Below are positions 8,798 to 18,629 of a stretch of 36,596 bases of DNA, in pieces (position 1 is the first letter of the stretch; each line of letters opens with the position of its first letter). The position numbers were made by a program, and so were the translations under genes. This stretch comes from Runella sp. (GTDB lineage Bacteria; Bacteroidota; Bacteroidia; Cytophagales; Spirosomataceae). Under the pieces are notes generated by a model that saw nothing but the letters and a program-made list of their open reading frames with translations, did not search any database and had not been told where the DNA came from. Location: contig JBDHXS010000001.1 in assembly GCA_039810845.1 (NCBI GenBank), forward strand, positions 1-36,596. Direction: 5' to 3'.

Positions 8798-9331
8798 GTG
8801 AAAGGGCTAACTCAGTACGATATAGACATTTACGGCTTAAAAGACAAACAATATGTTTATAATTTTGAGTCGGGAAGCGAGTTTTTTGAAGAACTTGAGC
8901 AAGAGTTGATTGAAAATGGTCGATTTAAGACGAATTTAACACTTGATAAGTCGGCTACGATGATGATTTTAAATTTTCATATCGTAGGAACTGTAGAATT
9001 GGTATGTGATCGCAGTTTAGAAGTATTTGAAGAATCTTTAGATATTAAAGAGCGATTGATTTTGAAGTATGGCGATCATGATGAGCAACTTGCTGATGAC
9101 ATCGAACTCATTCGTCACGAGGCAGTTCGTATCAATGTTGCCAATTACATTTTCGAGTATATTGCCTTGGCACTACCAATGAAAAAGCTTCACCCGCGTT
9201 TTCGTACCGATAACGAAGATGAAGAAGAAAGTATTTTGATTTATCAAACCCCTGAAGAAACCCAGCCTGATGTTCACGAAAATGAAGATCCTCGTTGGGC
9301 AGCTTTAAAGAAACTAAAGGGCAACGAATAA
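8798..9331 (+). CDS. yceD: YceD/DUF177 family protein
   Basis: VCDRSL, LALPMKKLHP and DPRWAALKKL motifs; upstream of rpmF; GTG 8798 chosen because the longer ORF overlaps the promoter. Confidence 0.88.
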   Translation: MKGLTQYDIDIYGLKDKQYVYNFESGSEFFEELEQELIENGRFKTNLTLDKSATMMILNFHIVGTVELVCDRSLEVFEESLDIKERLILKYGDHDEQLADDIELIRHEAVRINVANYIFEYIALALPMKKLHPRFRTDNEDEEESILIYQTPEETQPDVHENEDPRWAALKKLKGNE

Positions 9332-9387
9332 ATTTTTTTGATATTACTAATAAACTGATAACGAACAACTAATAACGACATAAAGTA

Positions 9388-9579
9388 ATGGCACATCCCA
9401 AACGAAGACACTCAAGCACTCGCCGCGACAAGCGTCGTACACACGATGCCCTGACGGGTAAGGCTCTTTCTACCGACCCAACGACGGGTGAAGTGCATGT
9501 AATGCACCGTGCACACGTTTTTGAAGGTAATTTGGTTTATAAAGGCAAAGTAGTGGTAGAAGGCTACAAACAAGCCTAA
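9388..9579 (+). CDS. rpmF: 50S ribosomal protein L32
   Basis: MAHPKRRHSSTRRDKRRTH; Cys-free form; yceD-rpmF-plsX-fabH synteny. Confidence 0.97.
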   Translation: MAHPKRRHSSTRRDKRRTHDALTGKALSTDPTTGEVHVMHRAHVFEGNLVYKGKVVVEGYKQA

Positions 9580-9599
9580 TCCATAAAACATTGTATATG

Positions 9600-9649
9600 A
9601 AAGCATTTCATCACAACTTGCATAGAAAGTTGCGATGAAATGCTTTTTT
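9600..9649 (+). terminator. Intrinsic terminator after rpmF
   Basis: AAAGCATTTCATCACAACTT-N7-AAGTTGCGATGAAATGCTTT followed by Ts. Confidence 0.8.
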
Positions 9650-9706
9650 AGTATTCCTTATATGCTATTTTTACAGCCTCTTACTACCCAACACCTACAA
9701 TAACCA

Positions 9707-10645
9707 ATGAAAATAGGAATAGACGCAATGGGAGGGGATTTTGCCCCCGAGGCAATTATAGAAGGAGTTGTAATGGCTTCTTCCGATTTACCCCAAGATG
9801 CCCATATTATACTAATAGGCAAACAAGATATTATCAATGAATTACTCAATAAATATGGCTATGAAGGTTCTCAAATCGAAATAGTACACGCAGAAGAAGT
9901 CGTTGAAATGGGTGAACACCCGACAAAAGCTTTGTCTCAAAAGCCACATTCAAGTATTTCAATTGGTTTCAAGTTATTAAAAGATAAGCAAATTGATATT
10001 TTTTGTAGCGCAGGCAATACAGGCGCTATGCACGTAGGCGCTTTGTTCAGCATTAAGGCCATAGAAGGAATCATCCGCCCTGCAATTGTTGGTTTTGTTC
10101 CTCAAAAAAAAGGAGGACACTCTATTATGCTTGATATTGGTGCTAATGCTGACTGTAAGCCTGAAGTACTTGAGCAGTTTGGAGTGATTGGGTCTATCTT
10201 TGCCCAGCACACATTCAAGATTGGGCGCCCACGAGTAGCATTGATGAATATTGGTGAAGAAGAGCAAAAAGGTTCGGTTGTAGCCCAAGCCACTCACCAA
10301 CTTTTAAAAGATAATACCCGTATTCATTTTGTTGGAAATATAGAGGGTGGAGACCTCTTCGATGATAAAGCGGATGTTATTGTTACGGATGGATTTACAG
10401 GCAACGTACTCTTTAAATTGGCAGAGTCTTTTTATAATGTAGCCAAAGAACGTGGAATTCAGGATGATTATATTGACAAAATGAACTATGAAGCTGTAGG
10501 CGGAAGCTCAATCATTGGTGTCAATGGAAACGTGATGATTGCCCACGGAATTTCGTCGGCCATCGCCATCAAAAACATGATTACTTGGGCGCGAAAGCAA
10601 GTCGAAACCCAAGCGTATGTTCAGATTGCTAAAGCATTGAGTTAA
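9707..10645 (+). CDS. plsX: Phosphate acyltransferase PlsX
   Basis: IGIDAMGGDFAP, SAGNTGA, LDIGANADCKP, NIGEEEQKG, VTDGFTGNV. Confidence 0.96.
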   Translation: MKIGIDAMGGDFAPEAIIEGVVMASSDLPQDAHIILIGKQDIINELLNKYGYEGSQIEIVHAEEVVEMGEHPTKALSQKPHSSISIGFKLLKDKQIDIFCSAGNTGAMHVGALFSIKAIEGIIRPAIVGFVPQKKGGHSIMLDIGANADCKPEVLEQFGVIGSIFAQHTFKIGRPRVALMNIGEEEQKGSVVAQATHQLLKDNTRIHFVGNIEGGDLFDDKADVIVTDGFTGNVLFKLAESFYNVAKERGIQDDYIDKMNYEAVGGSSIIGVNGNVMIAHGISSAIAIKNMITWARKQVETQAYVQIAKALS

Positions 10646-10758
10646 ACCTATGTTATCCGTTAATCGTTTTTAGAAGTCTGATAAACAAGCTATTAAAGCT
10701 TCTTAGTGACAGATAACTAATTTCGAATAACAACTTACTAACTTATACGAAGTAACAA

Positions 10759-11748
10759 ATGAGTCAAATTCGAGCTGCTATTACGGGGATACAGGGATAC
10801 GTACCCGACTATGTTTTGACCAATGCAGAATTGGAAAAAATGGTGGACACTAACGACGAATGGATCATTGCTCGTACGGGCATCAAAGAACGTCGTATCC
10901 TCAAAGGTGAAGGACTTGGAACTTCCCACATGGCAGTTGAGGCAGTAAAAGGTCTGCTTAAAAAGACTAATACCTCCCCACAAGAAATTGACTTATTGAT
11001 TTGTGCCACTACAACACCTGACTTCGTTTTTCCAAGTACGGCCAATCTTATCTGCGATATGGCTGGTATAAAGACGATCGGGAGTTTTGATATCCAAGCT
11101 GCGTGTTCGGGATTTCTATATGCCCTTACGGTTGGAACGCAATTTATTGAAACTGGCAAATACAAAAAAGTTATCGTAGTAGGCGCTGATAAAATGTCGG
11201 CAATTATTGATTATACTGATCGTACTACTTGTGTGCTATTTGGCGACGGAGCCGGTGCTGTACTTCTTGAGCCAAATACAGAGGGATACGGTATTATTGA
11301 TAGCATTATCAAATCTGATGGATCAGGACAGCCTTACTTGAACCAAAAAGCAGGAGGAAGCCGATACCCACCTACTCACGAAACCATAGATAAACGCTGG
11401 CATTATGCCTATCAAGATGGCCCTTCAGTGTTTAAATTTGCTGTCACAAATATGGCAGATGTGGCAGCTGAAATCATGGAGCGTAACCATCTCACGGGCG
11501 ACGATGTGGCTTGGTTAGTACCTCACCAAGCCAACAAACGCATCATCTCGGCTACGGCCAATCGTATGAAGGTAGGAATGGATAAGGTGATGCTTAACAT
11601 ACAAAAATATGGCAATACTACTGCCGCTACAATTCCCCTTTGCTTGTGGGATTATGAATCTCAATTAAAAAAAGGAGATAACCTTATCTTAGCTGCTTTT
11701 GGTGGGGGATTCACTTGGGGCTCAGTTTATGTCAAATGGGGCTATTAA
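10759..11748 (+). CDS. fabH: Beta-ketoacyl-ACP synthase III
   Basis: AACSGF (Cys), VPHQANKRI (His), YGNTTAA (Asn), AFGGGFTWG. Confidence 0.97.
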   Translation: MSQIRAAITGIQGYVPDYVLTNAELEKMVDTNDEWIIARTGIKERRILKGEGLGTSHMAVEAVKGLLKKTNTSPQEIDLLICATTTPDFVFPSTANLICDMAGIKTIGSFDIQAACSGFLYALTVGTQFIETGKYKKVIVVGADKMSAIIDYTDRTTCVLFGDGAGAVLLEPNTEGYGIIDSIIKSDGSGQPYLNQKAGGSRYPPTHETIDKRWHYAYQDGPSVFKFAVTNMADVAAEIMERNHLTGDDVAWLVPHQANKRIISATANRMKVGMDKVMLNIQKYGNTTAATIPLCLWDYESQLKKGDNLILAAFGGGFTWGSVYVKWGY

Positions 11749-11840
11749 AAACGAGTATTCCACAATTCATAAAATCAATTTTTATATCAAACTGTTTTAT
11801 AAAGGCAGTTAACAATTAACGGATAACGATTTACAACAAA

Positions 11841-12404
11841 ATGGCAACAACTGCAGACATCCGTAATGGATTAGTGATTAATTACAACAACGATTTATTT
11901 CAGATTATTGAGTTTCAGCATGTTAAACCTGGGAAAGGAGCAGCTTTTGTGCGCACTAAGCTTAGAAGTCTTACAAGTGGTAAGGTGTTAGATAATACTT
12001 TTAACTCAGGGGTAGCTATTTATCCAGTTCGTGTGGAGCGTCGGGAGTTTCAATATTTATACAAAGATGAAGCTGGATTCAACTTTATGGACACCGAAAC
12101 GTTTGAGCAAATTTCTCTTGATGAAAAATTAGTGGTCTCTGCTGATTTGATGAAAGAAGGCCAATTGGTAGAAATTCTTTTGAACACCGAAAACGAATCC
12201 CCACTTACATGTGAGCTACCTGATGTAGTAGAACTTGAAGTAGTTTATGCAGAGCCAGGAATAAAAGGCGATACGGCTAACAACCCTCGCAAGGCTGTGG
12301 AGGTTGAAACAGGTGCTCGCATTATGGTGCCAATGTTTATTGAAGAAGGCGATAAACTTCGTATCAAAACAGCTTCAAAAGAATACGTAGAAAGAGTAAA
12401 ATAA
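11841..12404 (+). CDS. efp: Elongation factor P
   Basis: HVKPGKGAAFVRTKL; PGIKGDTA; VPMFIEEGD. Confidence 0.97.
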   Translation: MATTADIRNGLVINYNNDLFQIIEFQHVKPGKGAAFVRTKLRSLTSGKVLDNTFNSGVAIYPVRVERREFQYLYKDEAGFNFMDTETFEQISLDEKLVVSADLMKEGQLVEILLNTENESPLTCELPDVVELEVVYAEPGIKGDTANNPRKAVEVETGARIMVPMFIEEGDKLRIKTASKEYVERVK

Positions 12405-12509
12405 AATTGTTTCTAAAGGTTCTATGGTTCCGCCTGATTCTATCATCTAAACCAAAGAATCGTTTAAGCAAGAATCCACGGAATCCAAACGAACCTAACC
12501 TCAATAACT

Positions 12510-12989
12510 ATGGAAATTAAAGACATCCAAAAATTACTTGACTTCATTGCCCATTCGAGTTTAGACGAAGTCAATATTGAAACGGGGGAATTTAAAGTGA
12601 GCGTAAAGCGCCATGCAACTGGTACTGTGGTAGCCGCTGCTCCTGCACCAGTGGTTGTAGCCCCACCTGTAGCTGCGGCTCCCGTTCCACAAGCACCTGC
12701 TGCTACTCCAGCTGCACCTGCTGCCACACCTAAAAGCGACGAATCAAAGTTCATCGCCATCAAATCACCAATGATCGGGACATTTTACCGTTCTGGGGGG
12801 CCAGATAAGCCCTCTTTTGTGGAGATAGGTGATGAAGTGACCTCTGGAAAAGTAGTTTGTATTGTAGAAGCGATGAAGCTTTTTAACGAAATAGAATCCG
12901 AAATTTCGGGACGTATCGTAAAAGTACTTGTCGAAAATGCCACTCCTGTCGAATACGACCAGCCGTTGTTTTTGGTAGAGCCTATTTAA
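12510..12989 (+). CDS. accB: Acetyl-CoA carboxylase biotin carboxyl carrier protein
   Basis: Ala/Pro linker, SPMIGTFYR, EAMKLFNEI biotinylation motif. Confidence 0.97.
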   Translation: MEIKDIQKLLDFIAHSSLDEVNIETGEFKVSVKRHATGTVVAAAPAPVVVAPPVAAAPVPQAPAATPAAPAATPKSDESKFIAIKSPMIGTFYRSGGPDKPSFVEIGDEVTSGKVVCIVEAMKLFNEIESEISGRIVKVLVENATPVEYDQPLFLVEPI

Positions 12990-13086
12990 TTTGAAAATCA
13001 GTCAATTTGAAAATTGTTAAATGTAAGAAAGACATTCTCAAATTTTCAAATCGCACGGGCGACCCCGTTTCAAATTCAGAAAACTT

Positions 13087-14430
13087 ATGTTTAAAAAGAT
13101 ACTAATCGCCAATCGCGGCGAAATTGCTTTGCGTATCATCCGTACCTGCCGCGAGATGGGCATTCAAACGGTGGCTGTTTATTCTACTGCCGATCGTGAT
13201 AGTTTGCATGTAAGATTTGCAGACGAGGCGGTGTGCATTGGTCCCCCTCCCAGTCGCCAATCTTACCTAAGCATTCCTAATATAATTTCTGCTGCCGAAA
13301 TCACTAATGCTGATGCCATTCACCCAGGCTATGGATTTTTATCCGAGAATGCCGAGTTTTCTCGGATTTGTGCCGAATATGGTATCAAATTTATCGGTGC
13401 TACTGCGGAGCAAATTAATTTCATGGGTGATAAAGCTACGGCCAAAGCAACCATGAAAGCAGCAGGGGTACCTGTTATTCCAGGTTCAGAAGGCTTGCTC
13501 GAATCAGTAGAAGAAGGTAAGGAATTAGCAAAAAAAATTGGTTATCCTGTTATCGTGAAAGCCACGGCAGGTGGTGGTGGGCGTGGAATGCGTATCATCA
13601 AAGATGAAAACGAATTCCAAAAGGCTTGGGATGATGCAAAAATGGAATCGGGTGCGGCTTTTGGGAATGATGGTCTTTATCTCGAAAAATTTGTTGAAGA
13701 ACCTCGTCACATCGAAATTCAAGTAGTAGGAGATCAATATGGTACAGTATGCCATTTGTCCGAACGGGATTGTTCTATTCAGCGTCGTCACCAAAAATTA
13801 GTAGAAGAAACGCCCTCTCCGATTGTAACTCCTGAGCTTCGCGAACGCATGGGTCAAGCCGCTATTAAAGGAGCATCAGCTATTGCCTATGAAGGTGCGG
13901 GCACGATTGAGTTTTTGGTGGATAAATATGGTGAATTCTTTTTTATGGAAATGAATACCCGTATTCAGGTAGAACACCCTATTACGGAGGAAGTTACCAA
14001 CTTTGACCTCATCAAAGAACAAATCAAAGTAGCCGCTGGCGAGTCTATTTCAGGACAAAACTATACGCCTCAACTTTTTGCGATGGAGTGTCGTATCAAT
14101 GCCGAAGACCCTGCTAATGGTTTTCGTCCAAGTCCTGGTAAGATTACACAGTTGCATTTCCCAGGGGGGCACGGTGTACGAATTGATAGTCATGTGTATG
14201 CGGGATATACGATTCCTCCAAACTATGACTCCATGATTGCAAAAGTTATCGTAACAGGGCAATCACGAGCGGAAGTAATGACCCGCATGAAGCGTGCTTT
14301 ACAAGAGTTTGTGATTGAAGGTATTAAAACTACCATTCCTTTCCACATTCGTTTGATGGACGATGCTGGTTTCCAATCAGGGATGTTTACTACTAAATAT
14401 TTAGAATCTTTTGATTTTAAAGGTTTGTAA
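13087..14430 (+). CDS. accC: Acetyl-CoA carboxylase biotin carboxylase
   Basis: [51 protein letters not shown]. Confidence 0.97.
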   Translation: MFKKILIANRGEIALRIIRTCREMGIQTVAVYSTADRDSLHVRFADEAVCIGPPPSRQSYLSIPNIISAAEITNADAIHPGYGFLSENAEFSRICAEYGIKFIGATAEQINFMGDKATAKATMKAAGVPVIPGSEGLLESVEEGKELAKKIGYPVIVKATAGGGGRGMRIIKDENEFQKAWDDAKMESGAAFGNDGLYLEKFVEEPRHIEIQVVGDQYGTVCHLSERDCSIQRRHQKLVEETPSPIVTPELRERMGQAAIKGASAIAYEGAGTIEFLVDKYGEFFFMEMNTRIQVEHPITEEVTNFDLIKEQIKVAAGESISGQNYTPQLFAMECRINAEDPANGFRPSPGKITQLHFPGGHGVRIDSHVYAGYTIPPNYDSMIAKVIVTGQSRAEVMTRMKRALQEFVIEGIKTTIPFHIRLMDDAGFQSGMFTTKYLESFDFKGL

Positions 14431-14458
14431 AGTAAGGTCAAAATCAATTGTTTACAAC

Positions 14459-14495
14459 ATCAAAAAAGCGAGCATAATAGCCTCGCTTTTTTGAT
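14459..14495. terminator. Bidirectional intrinsic terminator
   Basis: ATCAAAAAAGCGAG-N9-CTCGCTTTTTTGAT, perfect 14-bp inverted repeat between convergent genes. Confidence 0.88.
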
Positions 14496-14513
14496 ATTTA
14501 TACTTCTTATTTT

Positions 14514-15554
14514 CTACAACGTAGCTGCCAACCAACTCGTTACTTTTGTACGGGCAGCTGCTTTTGCTACGGCATCATCTCCCGTATTTTTCTCATCAAA
14601 TGAGTGATTGGTATTGTTATAGATAACCATTTCTATACTTGTGCCAGCACCGTTCAATTTTGCTCTATCGTACTGAACTTGCGTAGCAGGAAGTAAATCG
14701 TCATTGTTGCCTATCAAAATCAAAAGAGGTGCGTAGTTGATGTATTTCCCTTTGGTTGCATCAGAAACGCTTCCGAAATAACTGTAAAAACCTCCGCCAG
14801 GATAATACGCTACGGCTGTTTTAAACCCACCTTGCGCAGGACGAGCCACTGGAGCAGAAACATTGTAGGTTTTACTTTGATACCATACTGTCCATTGGCT
14901 TTTGGTTACTAAAGTCGTATTCACAAGTGCAGCCATGGTGGTAGAGCCTCCGTGTGAAAAACCCATCAGCCCAATACGATTTCCTTGGATATACGGCAAT
15001 GTTCGTAAGTATGCCAAACCTGCATAGGCATCGTATGTACGCTCATAGGCTGGTGAGCAAATGCTATCATTGAGAGGCGTTCGACCGCAAAATTCCACAA
15101 TTGGTTGACCATTTTCAAGGCGATTAGTATAGCTATCTATAAACAAAGAGACAATTTTCTTGCTGGTAAAATCTGCGGCCCATTCATTGAAATTGGTTTT
15201 CATTTTATTGGCAGCTACATTGTCGTTAGACCACATTCCTCCGCAACCGTGCATAACGACCATTGCTGGTACCTGCTCTCCTGGCTGCAAAGCAGGTACA
15301 TACAATTTGGCAGTGAGGGTCAATCCCTTAACATTTTGAAAACTTACGTTAAAGACGGTATCAGTAGTAGCTACAGTAACGGCGGCTGTTGCCAAACGCG
15401 CATTTTTAATGGCAAAAGAAGGGGATGTAGGTTGTACGTATGACGAAGAATCTCGACAACTCGACAACAGAAACGAAGCACTTGCCAAAGAGGCAAAAGC
15501 AATGTTTTTAGCATTTACGAAGAACTTTGAGAAGGACATTTTACTTTTTTTCAT
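14514..15554 (-). CDS. Dienelactone hydrolase-family (alpha/beta) serine hydrolase, predicted lipoprotein
   Basis: Lipobox-like LLSSC; VMHGCGG; RIGLMGFSHGG; AYYPG; LLILIGNNDD; HSFD. Confidence 0.82.
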   Translation of the reverse strand: MKKSKMSFSKFFVNAKNIAFASLASASFLLSSCRDSSSYVQPTSPSFAIKNARLATAAVTVATTDTVFNVSFQNVKGLTLTAKLYVPALQPGEQVPAMVVMHGCGGMWSNDNVAANKMKTNFNEWAADFTSKKIVSLFIDSYTNRLENGQPIVEFCGRTPLNDSICSPAYERTYDAYAGLAYLRTLPYIQGNRIGLMGFSHGGSTTMAALVNTTLVTKSQWTVWYQSKTYNVSAPVARPAQGGFKTAVAYYPGGGFYSYFGSVSDATKGKYINYAPLLILIGNNDDLLPATQVQYDRAKLNGAGTSIEMVIYNNTNHSFDEKNTGDDAVAKAAARTKVTSWLAATL

Positions 15555-15697
15555 GGCTTTTTATGTATTTAAAAATTTGACGCTGCAAAGTTGAAACACT
15601 GTGCTAAGACATGAAAAAGAAAATAGTTCAAGCGTTAATTTTGCCCTTTTTAAACGTATAAAAACGAAATTGAAGCGTCATAATACACCTTTTTTAC

Positions 15698-16126
15698 CTA
15701 ATGAAAGGGGGTATTTAACTCCTCGACCAAATCAATATAATAACAATGTGGATGATGCTTCATCCCAATATAGGGATAATACGCCACTGCTTTCGGAGCC
15801 GATAACAAGATAAGTTTAGCTTGAGGAGCGGCTAGTTTGGTTTGTCGAATCAATTCTTTGCCAATTCCTTTTTTTTGATAATTCTGGTCAACAGCTAAGT
15901 CCGATAGATACGTACAAAAAGCAAAGTCAGTCATAGCTCGTGATACGCCGATGATTTTGCCTTCTACCCGAGCTGTTACAATCAAATTTGCATTTTTAAG
16001 CATTGTTGTCAGGCGTTCGGTATCATCTATAGGGCGACGCTCACCCAAGGTTGAATTGTTCAAAACCAGTCGAAAGTCTTCGACAGACAAATTGTTCTCT
16101 AATTGGTAGGTGATGAATGGGTTCAC
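15698..16126 (-). CDS. GNAT family N-acetyltransferase
   Basis: YLSDLAVDQNYQKKGIGKELI acetyl-CoA binding motif; AVAYYPYIG. Confidence 0.9.
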   Translation of the reverse strand: MNPFITYQLENNLSVEDFRLVLNNSTLGERRPIDDTERLTTMLKNANLIVTARVEGKIIGVSRAMTDFAFCTYLSDLAVDQNYQKKGIGKELIRQTKLAAPQAKLILLSAPKAVAYYPYIGMKHHPHCYYIDLVEELNTPFH

Positions 16127-16264
16127 TTTTAGAAAGAGTTAAAAGCAAAATTGAATTTTTTGATTATCAATCAAAAGTAAGTTTTTTAAAAGTAGAAGCG
16201 ATATCAAATTAGCAAATCAGTACAAAACATGACTCAAAGCATTTTTTTTACTCAACAATACACT

Positions 16265-16272
16265 TAGATTTG
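16265..16272 (+). promoter_or_regulatory. Candidate -7 promoter box for the InsA-like gene
   Basis: TAGATTTG matches TAnnTTTG, 53 nt before the ATG; no consensus -33 box. Confidence 0.5.
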
Positions 16273-16325
16273 GTAAATTACTATAGCGATTATTCCCTTT
16301 AAACATAAACCCCTTCCTTTTCTTC

Positions 16326-16748
16326 ATGGCTGCCACACTCAAATGTCCTAAATGCGACAGCTTAGAAACTGTCAAAAATGGAATTATCAAAGACCGACAA
16401 AGATTCAGGTGTAAAAAATGTGATTACAATTTCACGGTTGATAAACTCGGCAAGGGCATCAGCTCCTATTACGTTATCAAAGCATTACAGCTGTACATTG
16501 AGGGGGTTAGTTTTCGAGAAATAGAGCGATTGCTGGGCGTAAGTCATGTTTCAGTCATGAACTGGGTAAAGAAGTATCAAATCAAAATGCCCGAGCGCAT
16601 TACCCACCATGCTACCTACAAAGTGATGAATCATAAAGAGTTGGCGGAGTTTTATGCCGACCGCAAAAATCTGGAAGGAACTGGTATGATTGTAACTGAA
16701 TTGGGCGATAAATACATGATGATAAAGTGGGAAAGATTCAAAGATTAA
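16326..16748 (+). CDS. IS1 InsA-like Zn-ribbon + HTH protein without a DDE domain; putative DNA-binding regulator
   Basis: CPKC...VKNG...QRFRCKKC; ALQLYIEGVSFREIERLLGVSHVSVMNWVK HTH; no InsB frame follows. Confidence 0.8.
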   Translation: MAATLKCPKCDSLETVKNGIIKDRQRFRCKKCDYNFTVDKLGKGISSYYVIKALQLYIEGVSFREIERLLGVSHVSVMNWVKKYQIKMPERITHHATYKVMNHKELAEFYADRKNLEGTGMIVTELGDKYMMIKWERFKD

Positions 16749-16771
16749 ACACTACTTTTTCAATAAATTTT

Positions 16772-16804
16772 AGGCTGGAACAAGGAGTTTCAGCCTTCTT
16801 TTTT
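16772..16804 (+). terminator. Intrinsic terminator after the InsA-like gene
   Basis: AGGCTGGAAC-aagga-GTTTCAGCCT then TCTTTTTT. Confidence 0.8.
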
Positions 16805-16983
16805 GTGCTTTCAAACGCTTTTTTGCTAAGTTGATATACTTTTGCTAAAAAGGTATAGTTACATTTTTGCCCTAAAAAGTACCGTTTATGTCTGTTAATC
16901 TGGAATCTTCTCTTTAAAAATGCCTCATATTATTTGGCTTCCTCTCGCTAAAACAGTATTTTATTAAGTATTTTATCGCCATT

Positions 16984-17001
16984 ACCCTACAAAATTAGGG
17001 T
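16984..17001. promoter_or_regulatory. Candidate operator palindrome upstream of the porin-MFS operon
   Basis: ACCCTA-caaaat-TAGGGT in an AT-rich intergenic region. Confidence 0.35.
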
Positions 17002-17170
17002 GAACTGGATGAATAGCTTGATGCATCTATCACAAATAACCATACCTATATCAATATTTTTTTTAATTATTGGATTTTATGGTGTTTTGAATCGTGATTT
17101 TACTCGAAGGCGCCCCGAGTAATCTGTGCAATTCAAAACAAAAGAGTTTAACCTTCCTCTCTTAACCAAG

Positions 17171-18559
17171 ATGAAAAAGACATTACAAACATTTACTCTT
17201 GCAATGGGCTATGCCATGCTCAGTCTTCAGTTACAGGCGCAGGGTTCAAGCGATTATGGCGCTGGTATGAAATTTAACATAAACCCAGAGGGCAGCAAAT
17301 ACGTACGCTTAATTACTTGGAGTCAGATTTGGGCGCGGTCAATCCAAAATAACCCTGGTACGATGGTAAATGGAACTCCTCAAGATAAGACATTTGATAT
17401 AGGTGGCCGTCGGTTGAGGATGTTAGCCATGGCCCAAGTAAACTCACGATTTATGGTATTGGCTCACTTTGGTATCAATAATCAATCGTTTTTGAACGGC
17501 GGGGCAGCAGGAACCTCTGGAACTGGTGGATACGGTGCTGGAAAAAAACCAGGCCTATTTTTTCACGATTTTTGGAGTGAATATACTGTGATTCCCACAA
17601 TCAACTCCGAAACAAAAAAACCGAATAAATTTACGATGAATATCGGAGCTGGCTTACATTATGTGATGGGTGTTTCGAGAATGACCATGTCTAGTACCCT
17701 AAACTATCTGGCTGTTGATGCACCAGTATTCAACTGGGCGCTTATCGAAAACAGTGATCAATTTGCCCGCCAATACGGAATTTTTACCAAAGGAAAAGCA
17801 GGTAAGTTTGAATATCGTCTGGCATTGAATAAACCCTTTGCTACCAACGGCACAGCCACCGAAGGCATCGCCATTGACAACAACGGTCAGAGTAAAGCGG
17901 CCTTAGCAGGTTATTTAGAATATGAATTTTTTGATCGTGAGTCCAATGCACTTCCCTTTAAAGTGGGTACGTATGTAGGTACCAAAAAAGTATTTAATGT
18001 AGGGGCTGGGTTTTATTCTCAAAAAGAAGGAACACAGAGTTTGAAAAACGGAATAGCACAGAAACACAACATCAATTTGTTTGCGTTGGATGCTTTCTTG
18101 GATATGCCTATTGGCAGAAAAGAGAAAAATGCTGCCCTTACCATGTATAGCGGTTATTTCAATTACAATTTTGGTCCTAATTATATTCGTAACCTTGGCA
18201 TCATGAATATTGGAACAGCAGATCCTAAATTTACTGACAAAAAAGCGTTAGCAGGTCCAGGTAATGCTCGCCCTATGATAGGAACTGGTTCAATATTTTA
18301 TACCCAAGCAGGTATTTTATTGCCAAAAACCAGCGACAAACCAAAAATGCGCGTTCAACCATTTGCCGCTTATACTTCCAAGAAATTTGAAGCTCTGAGT
18401 AAAACAGGTAACTATTTCGACCTTGGCAGTAACTTCTTCATAGACGGTCACCATGCAAAAATTACTTTACAATACTCCACTCGCCCCATCTATACGGCCA
18501 AAGATGTAATTGATGGCAATAAAGGAGAGTTTATCATCCAATTCCAGACTTATCTTTAA
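17171..18559 (+). CDS. Outer-membrane porin-like beta-barrel protein
   Basis: Signal peptide MKKTLQ...LQAQ from ATG 17171; beta-strand pattern, IDGHHAKITLQY, C-terminal IQFQTYL; directly precedes an MFS gene. Confidence 0.75.
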   Translation: MKKTLQTFTLAMGYAMLSLQLQAQGSSDYGAGMKFNINPEGSKYVRLITWSQIWARSIQNNPGTMVNGTPQDKTFDIGGRRLRMLAMAQVNSRFMVLAHFGINNQSFLNGGAAGTSGTGGYGAGKKPGLFFHDFWSEYTVIPTINSETKKPNKFTMNIGAGLHYVMGVSRMTMSSTLNYLAVDAPVFNWALIENSDQFARQYGIFTKGKAGKFEYRLALNKPFATNGTATEGIAIDNNGQSKAALAGYLEYEFFDRESNALPFKVGTYVGTKKVFNVGAGFYSQKEGTQSLKNGIAQKHNINLFALDAFLDMPIGRKEKNAALTMYSGYFNYNFGPNYIRNLGIMNIGTADPKFTDKKALAGPGNARPMIGTGSIFYTQAGILLPKTSDKPKMRVQPFAAYTSKKFEALSKTGNYFDLGSNFFIDGHHAKITLQYSTRPIYTAKDVIDGNKGEFIIQFQTYL

Positions 18560-18629
18560 GAATTCTTTCAGTATAAGCCGTGACTAAAACCCTTAATCAT
18601 TTTTATAATACCTTAACATTTACTAACAC

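Noticed and set aside
16326-16748. Active IS1 insertion sequence
   Set aside because: No DDE/InsB frame, frameshift motif, terminal inverted repeats or target duplication seen; a terminator follows directly
16771-16780. TAGGCTGGAA match to the RAYT repeat
   Set aside because: Only 10 nt, and explained as one arm of a local terminator
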